From the IMG/VR virus record IMGVR_UViG_3300021352_000011, positions 1 through 25,433 of that record: 25,433 nucleotides of DNA; one strand, 5' to 3'. The position numbers were made by a program, and so were the translations under genes. This stretch comes from a virus. Taxonomy: Duplodnaviria > Caudoviricetes. Below the pieces are notes generated by a model that worked only from the letters and a program-made list of their open reading frames with translations, was not told the DNA's origin and made no database searches. This document shows positions 1-8,100 of this stretch, piece after piece. Numbering within the stretch: position 1 is the stretch's first letter; every line of letters starts with the position of its first letter.

Positions 1-584
1 GTATTACGTAGTGTAGTACCCTTTTTAATACTGTCGAAGCCTGTAATAGCGTTAGATGGGTCTGTTGAATCAATTGTAAATGCTACTGAACTAATAATAA
101 AGATTACTTCATCATTTACAATTGCTTTAATAATAATTCTGTTTACACTAGTAGTATCACGAACAGTTGCAGTAACCATTTGTGAAACTGTGGCTCCAAT
201 ACCTTGTGGACCAATTAGAACATAACCTGATCCGCTATAAGCATATAATTGTTCGTTTGCAGAATCCCACCATAAATCACCAGTGGCTAATCCTGCTGGA
301 GCAGTAGTGGCAACTTCGGCACCACCTGTAGTTCTAAATTTAGAACCATCATAAAATTTTAATTTACTAGCTGTAGCGTCAAACCAAATTTGTCCTGAAA
401 TGGCTTTTGGTGGTTGCGCCGCACCACTAAAATTCTCTAGTAAGTGTAAGAAATTCTCATTCTGAATTTCGCCGTATCCTGCATAGTTTTTACCTACTAA
501 TTTAATGTCAGTAGTTTGATCAACTGTACCGTCTTCTACGACTACTAGTGTTACACCACTATATCTATCTATTGTATATGCCAT
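1..584 (-). CDS. Tail-fibre/baseplate-attached paralog 3 (5' portion only; runs off the left window edge; absent from the ORF track)
   Basis: Manual translation from the ATG at 584 stays open to the window edge (194 codons): MAYTIDRYSGVTLVVVEDGTVDQTTDIKLVGKNYAGYGEIQNENFLHLLENFSGAAQPPKAISGQIWFDATASKLKFYDGSKFRTTGG...GDLWWDSANEQLYAYSGSGYVLIGP. It aligns clearly with the N-termini of the 607- and 678-aa neighbours. An AGGGG Shine-Dalgarno-like sequence lies at 592-596. Confidence 0.9.
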   Translation of the reverse strand, partial: MAYTIDRYSGVTLVVVEDGTVDQTTDIKLVGKNYAGYGEIQNENFLHLLENFSGAAQPPKAISGQIWFDATASKLKFYDGSKFRTTGGAEVATTAPAGLATGDLWWDSANEQLYAYSGSGYVLIGPQGIGATVSQMVTATVRDTTSVNRIIIKAIVNDEVIFIISSVAFTIDSTDPSNAITGFDSIKKGTTLRN

Positions 585-604
585 AGTTTAACCCCTGTTA
601 AGTA

Positions 605-611
605 TATTTAT
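605..611 (-). promoter_or_regulatory. Putative T4-type late promoter box (gATAAATAtact)
   Basis: ATAAATA in the 33-nt intergenic gap, 20 nt before the ATG at 584. It matches 7 of 8 positions of the T4 gp55-dependent TATAAATA consensus, and the same motif recurs at similar spacing at two other junctions. Confidence 0.65.
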
Positions 612-617
612 CATTTA

Positions 618-2441
618 TTACCATAAGCCGCCGCTGGATACAACATCGTTCAAATACGCCCACGCATTCGCTACAACGTGAAAACGTCGGCATCCTCTAT
701 CAACGACCACTTGTACAGTACCAGTTGCGGCAGTAAATGAAATATCCCGTATTACACTTTCATTTTGTACCCCATTTGAATCAACAGCTATATATGTTTT
801 AGTTAAAACTGGTACATCAACGTTAATTCCACTAACTGTAGCTCCTGATATTGAAGCTGTTGTAATATAAGCATAGGAACCAGTCTTTTTATTAGCCGCT
901 GGATACACATCCTCAATTATTGTGGCAATCTCTCCATTAGTTAAAGTACCTCCGCCTGGCTTTGATATGTCTAAATTCATAACAACAGGCTCTTCATTTA
1001 TCTGATCATCCACATAAAACTTGGTCGCAACTGATGAATTAGTTGTGGGCTCGGCTACATTGGTAATTTCTTGACTAGTTATAAGATTAATAGTACCTGA
1101 ACTGTCAATTTCGAGCGGAGTAGTTGTAGTAATTGTACTTCCATTAATTTCCAATTGATCTACTGCTAATATTTCTAATGTACCTACAGATGTTAAAGCT
1201 GATGCCAGGACTGTTGAACCTAATGCGCCGGCCTCTAATACCTCGACACCATTAATCAGATATTTTTTTGTGTCGGCTAAATCCATATGCTCTGAACTAG
1301 TCCATGCGTCTGTTGTATTTTTCCACTCTATTATTTTATCACCTGCTGATCCTCTAAGTGTAATACCTCCGCCATCAACTGCGGCATCATCAAGTGGAAT
1401 ATTTTCATTTGTTATTGCTAATTCAATATTCTTATCTTTTACTTTTAAATCCGTTGTTTCTACAAAAAGAGAAGCACCATCTACTGTAAAGTTGCCGTCA
1501 ACTTTCATATCGCCACCAACATGAAGTGCGTATTGTGGATCTGATTTAAATACTCCAAAATGCTCTTCTGACGTATCAACTACAAGTGCATCAAGGAAGC
1601 CTGTTGGCTTTCTAACTCTAACTTTCCAATCATGATTTGATAGTTGATTCTCACTAACAAATGATGTACCTACTACTTTTAAAATGTTATTTTGTGCTAA
1701 CCCAACTGTAAGTCCATCTGAATTTTGTATTGTTAATGCTCCAGTTGTCGTTGCCGAGGAATCTGCAGGCAAAAATTGTGACGCTGATTTAACATTTCCA
1801 ACAGCATCTCTTAATGCACTAGCTTGGTCGGCAATGCCACGCCATCTAAAATCTTCAAGAGTAACAGGAGTAAATCCTTTTTTAATTGTTCCAGTTATCC
1901 CTGAAATAGTATACCCAGTGGCTGGTATAAATTCTGTATTACTCCACACACCCACAACAGTTCCTGCAACAAAATATTTCATCACAACATGACTATTATT
2001 AAATGAATCTATAAGTGTAGCAATTTCATATCCACTCTTACCTTGTGTTTTAGTATAAATCGGTCCAGCTAATTCTAAATCAGTTCCATCATAAAAATGC
2101 AGTTGATTATTATCACTATCGATCCAAAGATCACCAGCAACTAATGTGCTTGGTTGTTGTGCTTGTACTGATGGTGCACCACTTGTTCTAAAACCTACAC
2201 CGTCATAAACTTTTACTCGTTGTGATGAAGTATCATACCATAGTTGGCCTTTTAACGGAGTACTAGGTGCAGTAGAATTTGAAAAATTCTCCAACATTTT
2301 AATTAAGTTTTCGTTTAGTGATTCACCAAACCCAGAATAATTTTTTCCAATTAAAGAAATATCAGTTGTAGTTGTATCTAACTGCCCATCAACTAAATCA
2401 ACTAATAAAGTTCCATCTGTTTTGTTTAATTTATAACTCAT
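618..2441 (-). CDS. Tail-fibre-like virion protein, paralog 2 (607 aa)
   Basis: Shared N-terminal module (LIGKNYSGFGESLNENLIKMLENF...GQLWYD...GDLWID). Also carries fibre-type motifs: YALHVGGDMKVDGNFTVDG, DKNIELA...DGGGITLRG..DKIIEW, ALTSVGTL and ITNVAEP....VATKFYVD. Its start overlaps the upstream stop (TAATG). Confidence 0.8.
   Translation of the reverse strand: MSYKLNKTDGTLLVDLVDGQLDTTTTDISLIGKNYSGFGESLNENLIKMLENFSNSTAPSTPLKGQLWYDTSSQRVKVYDGVGFRTSGAPSVQAQQPSTLVAGDLWIDSDNNQLHFYDGTDLELAGPIYTKTQGKSGYEIATLIDSFNNSHVVMKYFVAGTVVGVWSNTEFIPATGYTISGITGTIKKGFTPVTLEDFRWRGIADQASALRDAVGNVKSASQFLPADSSATTTGALTIQNSDGLTVGLAQNNILKVVGTSFVSENQLSNHDWKVRVRKPTGFLDALVVDTSEEHFGVFKSDPQYALHVGGDMKVDGNFTVDGASLFVETTDLKVKDKNIELAITNENIPLDDAAVDGGGITLRGSAGDKIIEWKNTTDAWTSSEHMDLADTKKYLINGVEVLEAGALGSTVLASALTSVGTLEILAVDQLEINGSTITTTTPLEIDSSGTINLITSQEITNVAEPTTNSSVATKFYVDDQINEEPVVMNLDISKPGGGTLTNGEIATIIEDVYPAANKKTGSYAYITTASISGATVSGINVDVPVLTKTYIAVDSNGVQNESVIRDISFTAATGTVQVVVDRGCRRFHVVANAWAYLNDVVSSGGLW
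2229..2251. repeat. 23-bp exact direct repeat, copy A (copy B at 4262-4284)
   Basis: agtatcataccatagttggcctt occurs identically in two fibre paralogs and encodes GQLWYDT on the minus strand. Confidence 0.85.
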
Positions 2442-4477
2442 TAGCTTTCTACTGCCTCTCCAGCATATATAATATAATTTACTGCCATATATGGATTCAT
2501 AACATCAATAGGGTTTCCTAATGATTGCGATTGTTCAGTTAATACACCACCACTTGTCGGATATGCTTGACCTTGATCAATTGCTCCAGTTGATGATTGA
2601 TATGGAATTGCTTCTTGATCATTAGGTGTTCCTGCAACATTTCTAACAGCATAATATTGATCGCCACTATCACCTCTTAAATCATGTTCGTGTTCTGGTA
2701 AATTTGTAAGTGCTACATTTTGTGTTTCTTGTCCTGAATGTGTTCCTATATTATCAGCCGCTGAACTTGTAACTGAGTCAGCACTAATACCGCCCATATT
2801 ATCTATACCTAATGGGAACCTACCTCTTAAATCTGGTAAACAGAAAAATCCTGCTGTAACTAATGTTTGATCTTTAAAATTATATTGAATTGCATCAAAC
2901 AAATTCTGATATAATGCAATAGCAACTTCTCGTCCATCACAAAGTAACCAATTAAGAGGAGCAAGTGTTCCACCATATTGAGTAATCATTCCAACTGGCA
3001 TTGTTGGAATTGCACTAAACAAATTAGATCTTGAAACTTTAAATACACCAGTTGTTCCAGTTACCCTATTAAGTAAGAATTCGTCGCTAATTTGAGTAGA
3101 TGCAACTTCGTCTTTGTCAGCAATAAAAGTATTTGCTATAGATGTTTGAAATGTTTTAGTACTTGAATCTTGTCCATCAAAACTAAATGACGGTGCTGAA
3201 ACATCCCCTACCATTTCAAACGTTGTTGGACTTGCAAGTTTATCTGCTGATCCTGAACGTCCGCTAACTACACCTGTAACATTTCCTGTTAGATTACCTA
3301 CAAATGTCTGTGAATGAACATTTAACCATTGTTCGTTTGCAGTTCCCAAATTACGTGCTAGTGTTAAGTTAGGAACAATATTTTGCGTTGTAAGTAATCC
3401 TGCAATATTACTATCACTACCAACAAATAATTTTTTCGCAATTCCTACACCACCTTTTGTTATAATACTTCCTGTACTAATAGTTGATGAGTCAGTAGTT
3501 CCATCTACTAACAATGCACTATCAGTTTGAATATTACCAACAACATCTAATGGTTGGTCTGGTGATAAATTATTAATACCTACTCTAGCTTGTGAATCAA
3601 TTCTAATAACTGTTTTAACTTCGCCAGCATCATTAACTCTTATATCAATATTAGATCCTGATGTTTGGTGAGCAATAATACCTGCTTGGCCTTCAACACC
3701 AATTGACATAGCACTATCTGATCCAACAATAATACCTGAATTGTTTTTAATTTTAAGTGGATATAAACTTGTACTGAGTACATCGTTTCTTAAAAAGCTA
3801 GAAGCAGGTACTATAGTATTTGCGACAATTAAACTTTCGGCTTTTTCTGCTACTCCGTAATATTTTCCTGCACCGTCGCCTGTAATATCTGCTGTACTTA
3901 AATTATATCCAGGATTGATTGTAGTGAACCCAGTCATCACACTCTTTGGTGTAAAACTGTCTGTGGCAATAATTGCAACTACTTTTGCTTTAACTTCTAT
4001 TTTTAAAATTGTATAAGAAACATTATCTGTTCCTATAATAACTGATGGCTGAACTCCTGTTGACAACCCATCACTAAATGTTGGGCCTACTAAAATCCAA
4101 CCTGATCCTGTATAAAGATAAAGTTGTTGATTATCTGTATCAACCCAAAGATCGCCTACTACTGATTGGTTTGCGGCAGGTTCGTTTGTTGCTTTTTTTA
4201 ATCCACTTGCAGAAATCCAGTTTGTACCATCGTAGATTTTTAATTGATTAACACCTACTGTAGTATCATACCATAGTTGGCCTTCTACAGGATTTCTTGG
4301 AGATGTATTAAAAGCAAAATTTTCTAATAAGTGTAAGAAGCTATCTGCAATAGCAGTACCATAAGCTGTAGTATTACGTCCAGGAATATCTAAACTAGTA
4401 ACCTGGTTAATTGTATTATCTTCAACTGATATAGTACCTTTATTTGCTAGGTCCGTGTGTGATACTAAATATGCCAT
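2441..4477 (-). CDS. Tail-fibre protein with C-terminal phage tail-collar domain, paralog 1 (678 aa; T4 gp10/gp12-like C-terminus)
   Basis: Shared N-terminal module, followed by VGINNLSPDQPLDVVGNI, TGSIITKGGVGIAKKLFVG and GNLTGNVTG fibre motifs. Then the tail-collar signature MPVGMITQYGG..AP.NWLLCDG...YQNLFDAI...FCLPDLRGRFPLG, an HxH motif (LPEHEH) and terminal MNPYMAVNYII. Confidence 0.85.
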   Translation of the reverse strand: MAYLVSHTDLANKGTISVEDNTINQVTSLDIPGRNTTAYGTAIADSFLHLLENFAFNTSPRNPVEGQLWYDTTVGVNQLKIYDGTNWISASGLKKATNEPAANQSVVGDLWVDTDNQQLYLYTGSGWILVGPTFSDGLSTGVQPSVIIGTDNVSYTILKIEVKAKVVAIIATDSFTPKSVMTGFTTINPGYNLSTADITGDGAGKYYGVAEKAESLIVANTIVPASSFLRNDVLSTSLYPLKIKNNSGIIVGSDSAMSIGVEGQAGIIAHQTSGSNIDIRVNDAGEVKTVIRIDSQARVGINNLSPDQPLDVVGNIQTDSALLVDGTTDSSTISTGSIITKGGVGIAKKLFVGSDSNIAGLLTTQNIVPNLTLARNLGTANEQWLNVHSQTFVGNLTGNVTGVVSGRSGSADKLASPTTFEMVGDVSAPSFSFDGQDSSTKTFQTSIANTFIADKDEVASTQISDEFLLNRVTGTTGVFKVSRSNLFSAIPTMPVGMITQYGGTLAPLNWLLCDGREVAIALYQNLFDAIQYNFKDQTLVTAGFFCLPDLRGRFPLGIDNMGGISADSVTSSAADNIGTHSGQETQNVALTNLPEHEHDLRGDSGDQYYAVRNVAGTPNDQEAIPYQSSTGAIDQGQAYPTSGGVLTEQSQSLGNPIDVMNPYMAVNYIIYAGEAVES
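4262..4284. repeat. 23-bp exact direct repeat, copy B (copy A at 2229-2251)
   Basis: Identical to 2229-2251; the flanking bases differ on both sides. Confidence 0.85.
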
Positions 4478-4480
4478 TTA

Positions 4481-5095
4481 TTACGCCTCATTAAAGCCAG
4501 TTAGACTTTGTACCCTTACGGTATAATCTATTTGAATTAATCTATTTAAACTCTTTTGTACTGGATGGAAAACTACATGAGTTAACAATCTACCAGTGCC
4601 TGATTTTGCATAACTTACAAGTCCTAGCTCATCAAATACATAAAGGCTTTCACTTCCTGTTGCATTATCAATTGCATCTTGTCCGCTAGGCTCACCATAG
4701 TCTAATAAACAAGTTGCTAAAATATCTGTATAATTTGTACCACTAACATGACGTGTTTCCAGCTTGTTTCTTGTAGGATCTGTATTATTAACTGAATTGT
4801 CGTCAATTACTTTAGTGTACGTTTGGCTGTATAAACTAGCATTTGTACCCGTTGAATTAGGTGACAAATATGTAATAATTCCTGTAGGATCTACAGAAGT
4901 ACCACCGTTTCCAAAAACCATGCTATTAACAAAGCCTTCGCCTTGATTTGCTAGACTGTCTGCTAACGCAAGACTCATATTTTCGTAGTGTATAGCATTT
5001 CGCTTATCTACGAAGATTTCGCCCGTCTCTGGGTTATGAATTTTAATGTGTCCTTGTAAAAGTACACCGTTTTGTTCTTTAAAGTTATCTATCAT
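4481..5095 (-). CDS. Conserved virion structural protein, probably baseplate/fibre attachment (204 aa)
   Basis: Lies between the giant wedge gene and the fibre genes, with an AGGA RBS and a late-promoter box upstream. The MVFGNGG and FDELGL...LLTHVVFHPVQKSLNRLIQIDYTVRV motifs loosely recall fibre-attachment domains of the DUF3751/P2 gpH N-terminal type. The function is inferred. Confidence 0.65.
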   Translation of the reverse strand: MIDNFKEQNGVLLQGHIKIHNPETGEIFVDKRNAIHYENMSLALADSLANQGEGFVNSMVFGNGGTSVDPTGIITYLSPNSTGTNASLYSQTYTKVIDDNSVNNTDPTRNKLETRHVSGTNYTDILATCLLDYGEPSGQDAIDNATGSESLYVFDELGLVSYAKSGTGRLLTHVVFHPVQKSLNRLIQIDYTVRVQSLTGFNEA

Positions 5096-5113
5096 ATTAA
5101 TATCCTACAAGTG

Positions 5114-5120
5114 TATTTAT
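5114..5120 (-). promoter_or_regulatory. Putative T4-type late promoter box (aATAAATAcact) overlapping the giant gene's stop codon
   Basis: ATAAATA includes the TAA at 5117-5119 and lies 18 nt before the ATG at 5095, with GTAGGA (RBS-like) in between. Confidence 0.6.
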
Positions 5121-8100
5121 TTAGGTAACGTTACCTCTGCACTTCTTAAGAAACGTCCTATGTTATTTTCCTGTCTATGTAACGGAACTCCTGGATCAGT
5201 CCATAGTTTTCCGATCTTTCTCACCACTATAATTTTACTATTAATAGGTGGTGTATTCAACATTGTTACTGTTGACGTTGTTCCGTCTACGCTAAATTCC
5301 GCAGATAGCGTAATATCTGCTTCAGGACTGTCTAAATTAACAGTTTTATCAAATGAACTAACTGCATTTTTACGTAAACGTTTCCCTGCTACAAATATTT
5401 CAAAATCATTTACAGATTTTGGAATAAAATCAACGGTTATAGTGTTAGTTGAACCGTCAGCATCAAATACTTGAGTTAGTATTTCATCTTTATAAGGTAC
5501 TGTTTGCGGGGTGCTTTGATCAAACACATTTGACCCGATTGTATGCTTTTCTGCAATACCAGTACCTAATGTACCTCTACGTAATTGCCTAATAGCACCA
5601 CCCTCCTTCAAATAGTATTCTATACGTTCACTATTAATGAATAATATTCCCGGAATTCCTTTGTCTTTATCAGGAAGTGGCAAATTATCAAAATTTGTTA
5701 CGTAAATTTTACTATCATACCAATTCAAATCTTCTGCTAATGTGTATTTATTACTATCGCCAAGGCGTTTATAATGGGTCCTATTAAGCATATCTTTAAA
5801 GATTCTAAATCCATATTTAGGAATAACTACAGGATTAGTAAAGTGTATAACTTCAATTTTGTCATTAGCGGCTACATCAGTTGTAATCCTAATATGTTTT
5901 CTATCTTCAGTAACATAATAGTCAATGCTAGGAGTTAATGCTACTGTATTTAAAGTAACCCATACATATTCAGCATCAATGGCTTCTTCACGTAATCTAA
6001 TTATGCCATTAGTTAACTGGTTATATTCAGTATAACCATCTGTTCCGACTGTTACAGGATTTCTAGCTACTACATTAAACACTTCTCTTTCTATTTTTCT
6101 AATATCGTGTTCAGTAAATTGATAGACAGTCACCTGATCCCCATTAGCTGGAGCAACATCTAAATAAACTTCATTTGGTGTTTTAACAAATAAACTTGTT
6201 CCAGAATCAAAATATCCCATTTGAAAATCACCGTTATCAATAATATAAACTTCTAACTTATCTCCAACAGTTCCAACATCCTCAAACAATACAACTGTTC
6301 CATTAAATGTATCCCAACGCCAGGTTGCATTAAGAGTTTGTTCAACTCCATTTAAAAAGATTCTAACCTGCTGAGCACTAATCGAAGCTGTTGTAATCTG
6401 CCATTGTCTTAATTGATATTCACGTCCAGCAACAACTGTAAATTGTTGATTATATCCTGCGTTTAAAAGATTGTTACCAACTTTAACTATAATATTTTGA
6501 TCAATTGGTTCACTAGTAAACGGTGCTTGAGCTAACGTAAATTTCTTTGTACTTCCGTCACCAGTAAAATTATCTGTTGTTATCTGGCTAAATGATTTAC
6601 TTAGACTTTCATAAATTGCATATTGAATTACTGCACCTTCTGTAGGAATAGTTCCTAGTTTAAATACGGCTCTCCCTGCAATATCATAAGTGTCATCAGT
6701 TTCTGTTAAATCCGTAGTTACAGTCTCACCATCAACAGTTAACGTATATGTCAACCCAGTTTTATAAAGAACAGGTGTTACAAATTGTATTGTTGACCCA
6801 TCTCCAATAAACTTATCTATGTCAAGAATTTTTTCACCATTGTTAGACATAGTTGAAATATGAACTAAATGGCCAGTACCTGGTGCTGTAACAAATTCAA
6901 GTTGTTTAGTCTGATAATTTATAATAAAACTAGTTGGTGCTTCTACAATTGTACCATTTACTTTTACAAAAATATCATCATTACTAGCTGGTAATTTAGT
7001 AACACCAAAGTTCTTGTTAGTTCCGTCACCAATATAATTATGACTATTAACAACACTTGATCCGTCTGCTGTTCTATCAAACACTTTAAAATCAACAGTA
7101 TCCATAACTTGTCCTGGAACTAATTCTTCAGGACCTTTAGATGTTAGTGGTGTAACAAATCCGTCACCATCAACAACTATTTCTTCTGATAGAATTCCTT
7201 TAGCTGTTGAATAAACTAAATCGCCACCTTGTAATGCTGTATCATATGCATCAGGGTCTGGAATAAAACTTCCATCACTAGTTGATTTTCTAATAATAAT
7301 TACATCATCAGCAACTGTTGGAATAAAATCTTCATCAATTTGAATTGTTTGTGTAACACCGTCGCCTACAATCGATTCCATTACTGCATTTGGATTACCT
7401 GTTACGCCGATAGTACTTCCGTCCCATTGTGGATCGTCTACACGTATGCCATTTTTATAAACATTGTAAGTTACACCATCTTCTAATGGTTTGCTGAGTT
7501 CAAATACATTTGTACTTCCATCTAATGTAAATACCTCATCTTCATACGTATTATCAAATGTATCCCACGTTGACGTAAACCAAGGCTCTGAGAACCAACC
7601 TGATCCTCCGCCAAAGTCAAAGCTTCTAACTTCTACGCCACCATAATCAATACCATCCATTAATTGTGCTATGTCATTTCCAAGCATTCCGTCAGTTGGT
7701 GTATAAAATAAACTAATACGATCTTGTGCTTGAAGCATATCAATAGCTTTGCTATATTTGATTATTATCGAAGCTGACATCTTAGGAGGTTCTGTAAAGA
7801 ATATCTCTCCTGTATATCTTGTATATCCTTTAGTTGTATCTGCAACGTTTTTAAAAGTATATTCACTTGTCAATGATTCTACATCACTAACTGTAATATA
7901 AAGTTGACTAGGTCTTACATCCATTGGCCATTTTAATGAGAACGTTTGTTGACTTGCACTACCTGTAAACGTTTCAGTTTCAGCAAGGGTAGTAATTAAA
8001 AATGTTCCTGTAACCCTATCAAATTTTGATATAATATGAGCATTACGTATCTTACCATTACCAAGTTTAGATGAAAGAACAGCAGGCACTCCGCCTTCGG

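Noticed and set aside
1270-1992. Plus-strand ORFs 1270-1524 and 1684-1992
   Set aside because: Antisense shadows lying wholly within the 607-aa gene, with non-ATG starts, S/P/V-rich translations and no recognisable motifs.
2229-4284. Diversity-generating retroelement or invertase shufflon acting on the fibre genes
   Set aside because: The repeats are short, direct and near the N-termini. No ~100-bp TR/VR pair with adenine-specific mismatches, no inverted cassettes, and no reverse transcriptase or recombinase were seen in the window.
4764-5474. Plus-strand ORFs 4764-4946 and 5046-5474
   Set aside because: Antisense to well-supported genes, with no RBS or recognisable domain. Such ORFs are expected from codon bias on the coding strand.
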